Assembly: GCA_009914755.4 (NCBI GenBank)
Contig: CP086569.2
Location: forward strand, 7,936,001 to 8,000,000
Direction of reading: 5' to 3'
Length of the DNA: 64,000 bases
Source: the human T2T-CHM13v2.0 reference genome, Homo sapiens
Below the pieces are notes generated by a model. The model saw nothing but the letters and a program-made list of their open reading frames with translations, had not been told where the DNA came from and did not search any database. Of the stretch, positions 25,641 through 42,600 are shown one piece after another (position 1 is the stretch's first letter; every line of letters begins with the position of its first letter). Position numbers and translations under genes: made by a program.

Positions 25641-25870
25641 ATGTAACTCTTTTTTATTTATTATTATTATACTTTAAGTTTTAGGGTACATGTGCACAAT
25701 GCGCAGGTTAGTTACATATGTATACATGTGCCATGCTGGTGCACTGCACCCACTAACTCGTCATCTAGCATTAGGTATATCTCCCAATGCTATCCCTCCC
25801 CCTTCCCCCCGCCCCACAACAGGCCCCAGAGTGTGATGTTCCCCTTCCTGTGTCCATGTGTTCTCATTGT

Positions 25871-29687
<3,817 letters not shown>

Positions 29688-29750
29688 TATGATGTTAGCT
29701 GGTTATTTTGCTCTTTAGTTGATGCAGTTTCTTCCTGGTCTCAATGATCT

Positions 29751-30092
29751 TTACATTTTGGCATGATTTTGCAGTGGCTGGTACCGGTTGTTCCTTTCCA
29801 TGTTTAGTGTTTCCCTCAGGAGCTCTTCTAGGGCAGGCCTGGTGGTGACAAAATCTCTCCGAATTTGCTTGTCTGTAAAGTATTTTATTTCTCCTTCACT
29901 TATGAAGCTTAGTTTGGCTGGATATGAAATTCTGGGTTGAAAATTGTTTTCTTTAAGAATGTTGAATATTGGCCCCCACTCTCTTCTGGCTTGTAGAGTT
30001 TCTGCCAAGAGATCCGCTGTTAGTCTGATGGGCCTCCCTTTGAGGGTAACCCGACCTTTCTCTCTGGCTGCCCTTAACATTTTTTCCTTCAT
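29751..30092 (-). pseudogene. L1 ORF1 C-terminal third (minus-orientation body of the L1)
   Basis: Track ORF MKEKMLRAAREKGRVTLKGRPIRLTADLLAETLQARREWGPIFNILKENNFQPRISYPAKLSFISEGEIKYFTDKQIRRDFVTTRPALEELLRETLNMERNNRYQPLQNHAKM matches the L1 ORF1p C-terminus. Confidence 0.9.
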
Positions 30093-30109
30093 TTAAACTT
30101 TGACACCTC

Positions 30110-30935
30110 ACACGGCCAGGTACTCCAACAGACCTGCAGCTGAGGTTCCTGTCTATTAGAAGGAAAACTAACAAACAGAAAGGACATCCACACCAAAAGC
30201 CCATCTGTATATCAGCATCATCAAAGACCCAAAGTAGATAAAATCACAAAGATGGGGAAAAAAATAGAGCAGAAAAACTGGAAACTCTAAAAAGCAGAGT
30301 GCCTTTCCTCCTCCAAAGGAACGTAGTACCTCACCAGCAAGGAACAAAGCTGAACGGAGAATGACTTTGACGAGCTGAGAGAAGAAGGCTTCAGATGATC
30401 AAATTACTCTGAGCTATGGGAGGACATTCAAACCAAAGGCAAAGAAGTTGAAAACTTTGAAAAGAATTTAGAAGAATGTATAACTAGAATAACCAATACA
30501 GAGAAGTGCTTAAAGGAGCTGATGGAGCTGAAAACCAAGGGTCAATAACTACATGAAGAATGCAGAAGCCACAGGAGCCGATGCGATCAACTGGAAGAAA
30601 GGGTATCAGCGATGGAAGATGAAATGAATGAAATGAAGCACGAAGGGAAGTTTAGAGAAAAAAGAATAAAAAGAAATGAGCAAAACCTTCAAGAAATATG
30701 GGACTATGTGAAAAGACCTAATCTACGTCTTATTGGTGTACCTGAAAGTGACGGGGAGAATGGAACCAAGTTGGAAAACACTCTGCAGGATATTATCCAG
30801 GAGAACTTCCCCAATCTAGCAAGGCAGGCCAACATTCAGATTCAGGAAATACAGAGAACGCCACAAAGATACTGCTCGAGAAGAGCAACTCCAAGACACA
30901 TAATTGTCAGATTCACCAAAGTTGAGATGATGTTA
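30110..30935 (+). pseudogene. Inverted 5' segment of the same L1: 5'UTR end plus ORF1 N-terminal/middle part (ORF1 start ATG at 30252, premature stop after 12 codons)
   Basis: atggggaaaaaaatagagcagaaaaactggaaactctaa encodes MGKKIEQKNWKL followed by a stop. Track ORF 30612..31001(+) MEDEMNEMKHEGKFREKRIKRNEQNLQEIWDYVKRPNLRLIGVPESDGENGTKLENTLQDIIQENFPNLARQANIQIQEIQRTPQRYCSRRATPRHIIVRFTKVEM is the ORF1p middle. The ORF then runs out of the L1 into the array. Confidence 0.9.
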
Positions 30936-33078
30936 CTCTTTTTCCTTGGTGTTTTCCTAAGGAAGCCTTGTGACATATCTCAGGACCCAGCACCGAGGTG
31001 ATGTGGCCCTTTTGCCTGGTTTCTTCCCATGTGTTAGACTGTGACATATACCTAAAGAAACACCTAGGTGATGCCACTCTCTTCTTCTTCTTGAGTCCTG
31101 CTTCAGGACATAGTGACTCTATATACACACCTAGGTAACAGTTAAAGGTGCCACCCTCAAAGATGAGCAGATTGTGTCATATCACTGGGCCTAGTACCCA
31201 GTTGTTAAAACTTTTGCTTAAATTATTTCTTGTGTGTATTGTGACATATCATGTCAGAATCATAATAATGTGACACTTTTGCCCTGGCCCTGCCAACAAG
31301 AGATATCATCACATATCTCTGAGCCTAACTGGTAGGTGATTTGTCTTTTTCTTGTGCTTTGCCCCCAAGAAATATTGTGATATTTTTGTATGTAGCATCT
31401 AGGAAATGTATCTCTTCTCTCTTGCCTAGGACCTCCCTACTAAAGGAATTGTGCCATACAGCTGAGTGCAAAACCTTGGTAGTGCAACTTTCCCCTTTAT
31501 TCTGGAGTTTGTTACGAGAGGGGATTATGACATATTGCTGAGCCCAGCACCTAGGTGATGTGAGTTTCCTGTTTTTTTCAACCCTGTCTACAGTGGACAT
31601 GGTGCCATATTACTTGTGGCTGTATCCAGGTGATGTGACTCTCCTTGCTTGCCCCTGCCAGCAAAGGAGTTGATAGTGTATCAGGAGCTCAGCATCAAGG
31701 TGATGAGACTCTCCTTCCTTGTTTTTGCCCACAGGTGAAATTATGTCATATGCCTGGGATCATCTCACATGCACAATTATAACCATCAAACTGGGACCCA
31801 GAAAGGAGAGAGATTTTGATTCTTATAGCTAGTCTTATTGCCATAAGTAAAATAATGGGTCTCCTAATTGTATAAAGTTCACAGAGGATTATGACACTCA
31901 GACATATCATATAAAGCCTCAGTGGTAAAAAGAGTGTCATGATAGGGAAGAACAACCTGGGGTGATTGCAAATCATGGAGGCACACCCAGCTAGCTTGAT
32001 TGTCATTCTTACACAAGAACATGGCCTACAAGTAGGGTACTAAATTTCACACAAAAGAGCAGTCAAAGGTTGAAATTTTTCCCCTCATACACGGTTCAAC
32101 CCCATGGGTAGTGTGGTGATGCAATATTCAGCCCAACTGTGAGATTGTGACTTTCCTACTGGAACATAATCTTCAAGTGGAACTGGACAACTTATGCATG
32201 GATCCTGTTAAGACTGTGAGTCCTCAGCTTTGACTCAACTCACAGGAGATGTTGACTCACATGCACAAAGCCAGGACTTGTGTAGGGCTGTGGAACTTAT
32301 TTCTGAATATTTCCAAGTGTGTGATTAGAATGTAGAAGTTAGCCCAGCTCCTGAATAATTTGACTCTCCTTTTTAGGCCATGACCACAGATAAAATTGTG
32401 ACATATGTGGACAGTACACCTAAGCAAAGCTTCCTGGGCCTGACTACCAAGGATACTTTTACATATCATTGGGACTAGCATCAAGGTGAGGTGAATTCTT
32501 TGTCTTTTCCCTGCCTACAAAAGGCATTGTGGCTTACAGTTAAGTCCATCATATAAGTTCATATAAGTGATGTCACTCCCTTCTAGTGCCTTGGCCCTGC
32601 TATTTCAGTTCATTGTGACACATAACTGGGTACTGCACCCAGGTGATATGACTCTCTGTTTAGGGTTCTGCCAGCAGGAAGCTTTGTAACATATCACTTA
32701 GCTCAGCACCTAGCTAATGCTTCTTCTCTCTTGCCTTGCTGTGATCAGAGGGGAGACTGTTTCATATTGCTAACCCTAGTGCTGAAGTCATGTCACTTTC
32801 ATACCGTGGTTCTGAACATAGTGAACATTGTGACATGTCTAGGCCAATTCCTTAGGTAAAGTGAGTCTCCTCATCCTCTTAAGATTTGCTCACAGGGGGA
32901 ATTTTGATTTATCACTAAAACCAGTATCCAGCTGATGTGAGTCTTATTCCAGGGTCCTGCCCACAAGAAAGATTGTGACATCTCACTGGACCAGCACCCA
33001 CCCAAATGATGTGACATTTCTGTTTGTTCTCTGCCCACAGGTCATATTGTGCCATATACCTAACACCACTTAAGATGA

Positions 33079-33410
<332 letters not shown>

Positions 33411-36400
33411 AATCATGACTTTTAAACCTGGATCCTGGTCATATGCAAGATGGAAACTCCCATTCCTGGAACTTTCCACCAGTGTTATTGTGACATATAC
33501 CTTTGCCCGGCTCCTGAGTGATTTAATAATACTGCCTAATTGTAGCCCTCAAATTCGATTTAGACATATAGTTCATGTGATCACCTTTATGATTTCACTC
33601 TCCTGTTTTAACAATATCTTGCAGAAGGATTGTAACAGATTTCTGGACCCAACATCTAGTTACCTGACACTCCTCTCTTACCTGGACCCTGCTTCCACTA
33701 TGGATTGTAGCATTTCTAAGCACTACCTCCAAATTATATGAATCTCTTGCCTGGTCCTTTCAAGAGGAGACCTTGTGACATATCTCTGGGCTTACCATTT
33801 AGGTGATATGAGTCTCCTCTTCTGCCTGGACACTGCCTACAAGGGGTATTGTGTTATACATGTTGATGTAACCCCTGAGTTATGCAACTTTTCTGCCCAG
33901 AACATGCCTACAAGGAGAATATTGGAAAATTTCTGGCTCAGTATTTAGGTGACTTGTCTGTCATGCCTGTTTCATTACCACAGACTGAATTGTGATATAT
34001 ACCCAAGCACAGCTCACAGGCATGATAATGACTTTCTTATGTGGATCCCACAAATAGAAGTAATTTTGACTCTCATAACTTGCTTTAGAGACATGAGTGA
34101 TTAAATCTCTATCTGGCACCAAAAAAAAAAAAAAAAAACAAACAAAAGGTCAAAGAAGATTATAATGGCCTCACATATTTTATAAAGCCTTTGGCTTGTA
34201 CAGAGTGTCATAACAGAACCCAGCAGAGAGGTGAAATTGTGAGTCTCAAATGCACACCCAGCTGTCACTAAGGTCTAATCACCATCTCACCTATATGAAG
34301 CTAACTGTCACTAATGAAAACAGCACACACGTGATACTGTACACCTCATCAGGGGAATTTTCTGATAGTGTTATTGTGATATAAATCTTTGTTGAGCACC
34401 TGTGTGATTTAATTCTCCATAATTGTTCCAGCCCACATATGTTATTGTCATATCTACCTGGGCCAAACTCTACATGATGTGACTCTCCTGCCTAGGCCCT
34501 GCTCTCAGTAAGAATCATGACTTATTACTACATCCAGCACCTAGGTCATGTTACATCTTTGCCTTAGCCATGCCCAAAGATATTGTTGTGACATATTACC
34601 GTGTCAAATACTTAGGTGATATAACTCTCCTAATTAGAATAAACCCTGCACACATGGGGGATAGTGACATGGTACAGCCAGGCACACAGGTAACAGTACT
34701 CTTGTTAGAGCCATGTCCCAAAGAAAGAATTGTGACAAATCTCTGGGCTGATCACTTAGATTATGTTGCTCTCCTGCTTGGCTCCTGCTTTCCTGAATAG
34801 TGACATATTGCTACACTAGGCCTACAAGTGTTGGTACTCTTTTGCCAGGGTCATGCCTCAAGGAGAATAGGAGAATGTTGTGACATATCTCTGTGCCTAT
34901 CACTTAGGAAATGCTTCAGCATGGCCCACAAAGAGAATTGTGACATAAAGGTAGAATCTACACCTATTTGTTGTAACTCTCTTGTCTGAGTCTTGTCCTA
35001 AGGGAATCTTGTAACGCATCTCAGGAACCAGGATCAAGGTGGTGTGACTCTTCTGCGTGGCTTCACCTCACGTTAGATTTTGTCATATAGCTAGGGAAGC
35101 ACCTATGTGATATGACTCCTCTTCTGCCTGAGCCTTGCTTATTTGGGACATTGGGCCTTATATCTAAGCCAGTATCCTAAGTGATGTAATTCTATTCTTC
35201 TGCCTGAGCCTTTACAATTGGGTGATGTGACATATTGCTAAGCCCAATACTTAGGTTATATGACTCTTCTTTTTTTCCCAAAACATGCCCATGAAAAGGA
35301 ATTTTGACATATTGCATGGCCCAGCACCCAAGTGATGTTCCTCTTCTGCCTGGATCCTGCATAAAAAGAGAGTTATGGCATATTGCTGTGCCCCCCACCA
35401 TGATGCTGTAACCCTCTCCTCTTGCCAGTGCCAGAGCAACAGAAAGTAATTTTACATATCTTGGGCACACCCAGTAGGAATTTTGCTTTCATCATTTGAC
35501 TGTTTTTTTTTTGTTGTTGTTAGTTTGTTTTTAGGTGGGGGGATTGTGTCATATTGCTGAGCCCAGCACCTAGTTAATATAACCCTCATTTCTAGACCCT
35601 ACCTAGAGAATGCATTGTGATCTATTGCTTGGGACAGCACCTCAGTTGTGCTACCCTCTTGACAAGTTTTTTTTCCCCTACAAATGGGATTATGAAATTT
35701 ACATTGATCCAATTCAGAGGCATGTTGATCAAACTTAAACTGGGATTCCACCAATAGTAGGTATTTGCCTATCATCTCTACACTTAGGGTAATAAATTTA
35801 AAATTGTGAGTTGCATATTTGTAGAAAGCTCACAGCAGCTTAGAACACCAACTCATATTATAAAAACTGCTTGGGTGGTACACAGAGTTTTATAACAGGG
35901 CCTAGCAAGAGGTTAAGATTATGACTCTTGATTAGATGTGCAGGTGAGTGCAAATGTTTTCAGCATCCCATATTTACAAAGCCAAATGTTGAAGTCCTGA
36001 GCATAACAAGTAAATAAAGTACAAAATTGAAATTTTGACTTTCATATGTGGTTCTTGTTGTAGGTGAGATGGTGACTATTTTCTGGACCCAGATCACAGG
36101 CATAATAATGGGTCTCCTATCTGAACCCAGACTATTAGACAGATGTTGACAATCATAACCGGGTTTAGGCAATATGTAAGATTGTGAGTGAATATGAGCA
36201 TGTAAGCCCCAGAGTGGTTTGTAACTATCATGTATGTTGCATAAACACTCTGAATGTTGTAGAGTGTGTCATAAAATGACGCAGAACACATGTAAGGTTG
36301 TGACTGTAGTATACACACCAAACTAACAGTTAAAGGTGTAACCTAAAAGATGAAGAGATTGTGTCATATTTCTAGGCCTTGCACCCAGGTGTTAAGAATT

Positions 36401-36435
36401 CTGACTTAAATTCTTTACCATGGGTGCATTGTGAA

Positions 36436-36690
36436 ATATCACTGTGTGTGTGTGTTTACTATGTATTATATATATGTATTTTATATTTACATATATATGT
36501 ATTATAATATTATATATGTATATGTATTATATATACATATTATATATGTATATGTATTATATATTATATGTATACTATATATACACACTTGTAGTGTATA
36601 TATGTAATATACATACATGTAGTGTGTATATATATACATACACAATGTATGTATGTATATCTATACATACAATGTATACTATAGCTGAGT
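36436..36690. repeat. Compound (TG)n plus (TATATG/TACATA)n microsatellite embedded in the array
   Basis: tgtgtgtgtgtgtttactatgtattatatatatgtattttatatttacatatatatgtattataatattatatatgtatatg...gtatatatatacatacacaatgtatgtatgtatatctatacatacaatg. Confidence 0.85.
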
Positions 36691-39600
36691 TAGAATCATC
36701 ATAAGATGACTCTTTTGCTTGGAGTCAGACAACAGGAGATATTATCACATATCTCTGGGCCTATCAGGTAGGTGGTGTGTCTCTCCTGCCAGGGCCCTGC
36801 CCACAGGGGACACTGTGACATATCGCTGAATATAGCATATAGGTAATGTGGCTCTGCTCTCTGCCTTGATACTGCCCACTGAATAATTTGTGACATACCA
36901 CCGAATGCAAAACCTAGGTGATGTGACTCTTCTCTTTGTCCTGGTCTCTATCCAGAAAGGGAATTATAACATATTGCTGTGCCCAACACCTAGGGTGTGT
37001 AACAATCCACTATTTTTTCAACCTTGTATACAGTGGGCATTATGACAAATTATTTGAGACTGTACCAAGGTAATATGACTCTTCTGCCTAGGTCATGCCT
37101 ACGAAAGAGATATAAGTATCCCTGGCTCAGCACCCAGATGATATGACTCTGCTGTCTTGTCTCTATGTGTAGGCAAAATTTTGGCATATACTGGATTCAT
37201 CTCAAATACACAATAATAACTCTCATACCCAGACCTAGTCAGAGAAGATATTTTGACTCTCCTAGCCAGTCTTGTGGTCATGGGTAAAGTCCTAGATCTC
37301 CCACCTGTAAGAATTCACAGAAAAGTATTCTACTCAGACATATCATGTAAAGCCTGGGTTGTACAAAGTATGTCAATACAGTCACCAGCAACCAAGTGCT
37401 ATTGTGACTCTTGGATGCATAACTAGCTGAAATGACTGTCATTTTCACACATGATCAGAGCCTACGAATAAGGTAGAAAATCTCACACACATAAGCACTT
37501 TTACTTACACACCTGAATCTGATACAAAGCGGTTTGGTGATGGTTTAATCATTAATCTGAAGACCTGTGGTGTTTTGACTTTCCTACTGGAACACAATCT
37601 TTAAGTAGGATTGGGACTCTTATACATGGATCTTGCCCATTGTGGAGATTGTGACTCCAGTACTTTGACCCAACTCATAGGAGGTGTTGACTTTCATAAC
37701 CAAAGCTAGCACTTGTGTGGGACTGTGAAGTTTATTTCTGAACATTTTTGAGTACATTATTGAGAAGCATGATTTTGCCCAGGATCTGAGTGTTTGATTC
37801 TCCTTTCTAGGCCCAGAGCACTGTTGAAATTGTGACATACATGCACCAAGCACCTAAGCAACGTATAACACTTTTTTGACAATGAGACAAAGGGCAGTTT
37901 TATATATAACTGGGGCCAGCACCTAGCTGACATAAAACCTTGGACTGAACCCTGCCAACAAAGATCATTGAGGTTTTTATCTAGGTCCATCACGTAAGTG
38001 ATGTGACTTCATGCTACTGCCTTGACCATGCACTAATGGTGCATTGTGCCACTTAACTGGGTACTACACCCAGGTGACCTGACTCTATTTCTGAAGGAGT
38101 TCTTCCAATAGGAAGCTTGGTAAATTACCACTTGTCTCAGCACCTCGGTGATGTTTCTTCTCTCTAGCCTGTGCCTTGAAGACCAGAGAGATTGTGTCTT
38201 ATTGCTGAACTTAGCACCAAGGTGAGGTCACTCTCCTGCCTTGGTCCTTCATATAGAGGGCATTGTGACATATATCCAGCCCACTTACTTGTGTGATATT
38301 CACCTTCTCTTGTGCCTAAGCTCTGCCCACAGTTGGGAGGACTTAGATATATCACTGAAATCAGCATCCAGGTGATATGACCTTTCTTCCAGAGTCTTTC
38401 CCACAAGGAGGATTGTGACATTTCATTGGACCAGTACACAATCAGGTGATTGTTTTCTTTATTCTCTCTGTCCACAGGTGATATTTTGCCATATATGTGA
38501 GACCAGATCAAAGGCCTATTAATGACTATTGTACCTGCAGCCAGGACCTGTGTAGGATCATGAGTCTCATAGCTGAATCTTGCCATAAGTGTAATTGTGA
38601 AATACACTTTGCCCAGGACCTGAGTGATTTAATGATCCTCAGGTCCTCAATACACCTTGGCCAAAGAAACTTGGTGATTTGCATCTCATGTCTTAACAGT
38701 GCCATCAGAAGAGATCATAACATACCATTGGATATAGAAACATTGGGAAATATCACTGAGCCCATGACCTAAGTGTTGTGACTCTCGTTTTCTGCCTGGG
38801 TTTTCACTATAGGAGATTTTGACACATTGCTGAGCCCAACAGTCAGGATATGTGACTCTCCTCTTTTTCCTGAACCGTGCCCACAAAAAAAGGTATTGTG
38901 ACTTATTGCAGGACCCATAACCCAGATGATGCTACTCTTCTGCCTGAGTTATGCATAAAGAGGAAATTATGGCATATTGCCTATTGCTGGGCCCAGAACC
39001 CTTACAATGTGTGTCTCCTGCCTGTGGTGGAGCCACTGAAGGTACTTTGACACATCTTGGGTCCATTTGGTAGGTGTTTTGGCTCACATAACTTGGCTGA
39101 GTTTTTTCCACATGTGAAATGGTGTATTTCTGGGTCCAGCACCCAGGTAATGTGATCCAATTTCATATGCCCTGCCTAGAGAAGGAAATGTGACATATTG
39201 GTTTGCACAGCATCTAAGTGATGTTACCCTCCTGTCTAATTTTTTGACCCCAATGGGATTATATCATATACCTTGATTCAGTCCACAGGCATGATTATTA
39301 TACTTATACTGGGATTCTGCCAATAGGAGATATTCCCTCTCATTGTTAAAACAATAAGTAAGTTTCTAGATATAAAATAATAGGTAAGTTCCTGTGTTGC
39401 ATATTGATAGGAACCTCACAGAATCTTACAACACTAACTTATATTGTATAAACTCTTTGCGGTAGAGAGTTTCATAAAAGGGGCCAGCAAAAATTTCAGA
39501 TTGAGACTCTCGGTTACACATCCAGTTGAAGTTAAAAGTAGTCACCATCACACATTTACAGTGCATGCTGTTGAGGTTCTGATTCTAACAAGGCGATACA

Positions 39601-42600
39601 GCACAAAGTAGGAATTGTAACTTTTGCATGTGGATTAGGCCACAGGCGGGATGGCTGCTCATTTCTGAACCCAGATCACAGACATAATAATAAGTGTTCC
39701 CTTTTAACCCTGCCTATAGGAGAGATATCATCTATCAAACGTGGGCAATATTTATGATTTTGAGTCCCCATGAGCATAAACACCTCAGAGAGGTTTGCAA
39801 CTCTCAATGAGGTTTCATAAAGCCCCAGATGCCTTACAAAGTATCATGCATTGGCCCAGCATACACGTGAGATTCAGACTCTAATATACATCCTCAGCTA
39901 AAGTTAAAGGTATCATCATACAAGATGAGGAGATTGTGTCATATCACTGGGCCTAGTTCTCAGGTTTTGACACTTTTTGGCTAAAATTCTTTTCCTTAGG
40001 AGCACTGTTGCAACTTGCTGTGTCAGAATTATAAGAATGTGACTCTTCTGCTTGGACCTAGACAACAGGGGATATTATCACTTATCTCTGGGACTATAAG
40101 CTAGGTGATATGTCTCTCCTGCTAGTGCCTTGCCCACAGGAGACACTGTGACATATCGCCAGATATAGCAGCTAGGTTATATGACTCTCCTCTCCTGCCT
40201 GAACCCTGCCCACTAAAGAAAGAGTGACATACAACTGAATGCAAAACCTAGGTTATGTGACTCTCCTCTTTGTCCAGGACACTGCCAAGAGATAGAATTA
40301 TAATCTATTGCTGAGTGCACAACCTAGGGGTTGTGACAATCCACTGTTTTTTCCACCTTGTACACAGTAGGCATTATGACATATTATTTGAGACTGTACC
40401 CTTTTTTTGACTTCTTTGACTTGGTCCTGCCTACAAAGGAGATTATAATGTATTCCTGTCTCAGGACTCAGAAGATATCGCTTTTCTGATTGTCTCTGTC
40501 CAAAGGTGAATTTGTCACATATAACTTGATTAAGCTCATATGCAAAATAATAACTCTCATACCTAGACCCAGCCAGGGAAGATATTTTGACTCTCATAGC
40601 CAGACTTAAGAACATGGATAAAATCCTTAATTTCCCATCTGTAAGAATTCACAGAAAAGTATGCAACTCAGATATATCATGCAAACCCTGTGTCGTACAT
40701 ACAGTGTCACAACGGACAATAGCAACCAGGTGCTATTGTGACTCTTGGATGCACATTCAGCTGACATAATTGTCATTCTCACACATTAACAGAGCCTACC
40801 AATGAGGCACTAGATCTTACACAGATAGGCACTTTGAAGCTTGTAATTGTTACTCTCATACATGAAACTGACCTACAGGTGGTTTTTTTGACGTTTGAAC
40901 AATGGCTCAGCAGACGTGTAGTGCTTTGACTCTCTTACTGGAATATAATCTTCAAGTATGAATGGAGCTTTTATAAATGGACCTTGCCCATTGATGACAT
41001 AGTGACTCCTTGTACTTCGACCCAACTCATGGGAGATGTTCACTGTTACATCCAAAGGCCGAACTTGTGTGGAACTGTCAAATATATTTCTGAACATTTT
41101 TGAGCGTGTGATTGAGCAGTGTGACTTTGCCCAGCATCTGAGTGTATGACTCTCCTTTCTAGGCCCAGAGCACAGTTGAAATTGTGTCATACATGCACCA
41201 AGCATCTGAGCAATCTATAACACGCGTTTGGCAATGTAATATAGAAAAATTTACAAATCAATGAGACCAGCACCCAAGTTTTGTGACATTTCTCTTATAT
41301 CACTACCTACAAAGAGAATATTGGAATATTTCTGGCTGAAGATTTAGTTGATATGGTTGTCCTGGCATGATATTTCTAGTCATATATGGACCCAGCCAAT
41401 AGGAGAAATTTTGACTAGTATAACTAGGTTGAGGTACATGAGTAATGTCTGGGGCCTAATTCTGGTAAAAATGTTACAGAAGATTACAACAGTCACACAT
41501 ATTTTATAACATCCTTGGGTTGTATAGACAGTGTCACTATAGGGCCCAGCACAGAGAGGAAATTCTGAGTCTCATATGCACACCCAGCTGACAGTAAGGA
41601 CTTTCACCATCACAGATGGATGAAGACAACTCTCCTACATGAAAACAGAATGTATGTGATCTTTTAAATCTAATCCCCAGAATTTTATTTCACTGTAACT
41701 ATGATATAAATATTTGCCAAGCACCTGTGTGATTTCACTCTTCAGACTGGTTATAGTCTACATATGAGATTTGGGTATCTCCCTGAGACAATCTTGAAGT
41801 GATGAGACTTGTCTGCCCAGACCCTGCTGTCAGTAACAATTGTGACATCACTGGATCCAGCATCAAAGTGTCATTACATTTTGCTTACACCATGCCTAAA
41901 GACATCATTGTGACATATAACTTTGTACATTAGTTAGAAGATGTAACTCTCCTCTCTGAAATAAGTCCTGCACACAGGGCAAAAGAGTGACATATTACTA
42001 GGACAGGCACACAGGTGACAATACTCTTTTGCCAGGGTCATGCCCAAAAGACGGCATTTTGACATATCACAGGTACTATCATGTAGGTGATATGGCTTTT
42101 CTGCTCAGGAGTTGCCTACTTGAATAGTGACATATTGCTAGGACAGGCACAAAGATGGTGGTGTTCTTTTGTCAGGGTCATGCTTTCAGGAAGGCTTTGT
42201 GACATATCTCTCAGCCTATCACTTAAGTGATATGCTTGGCCCTGGTCCTTGGTCCTGCTTGTCCCTGCCCACATGAAGCATTGTGAATAATAGTGGAGCA
42301 TGAACCTAGGTGATGTAACTAACTTCACTAGGTTCTTTTCTAAGGGGGACTGACTTGTGAGTATCTCAGGACACAGGAACAGAAGATGTGGCTCTTCACC
42401 ATGGTTTCTGATCACATATTAAATTGTGACATACACCTAAAGAAGCATCTAGGTGATCTGACTCTTTCTGCCTGAGCTCTGTCTACTGGTGACATTGGGC
42501 CATATCTCTGGCCCAATATGATAGACATAGCATATCTCTGTCTACTGGTGACATAAGTGATGGGACTCTCTTCTTCTGTCTGGACCTTAACAATAGAAAC

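Noticed and set aside
38164-38607. Long ORFs inside the array (for example 38164..38607(-) 147 aa, 62859..63242(-) 127 aa, 62445..62753(-) 102 aa) with recurring peptide motifs such as GKSHHL / MSQCPLWAG / SHYLGAEPV
   Set aside because: The recurring motifs are simply the tandem repeat translated in one frame. The ORFs are bounded by chance stops and differ in length between repeat copies. There is no start context and no conservation of frame across units.
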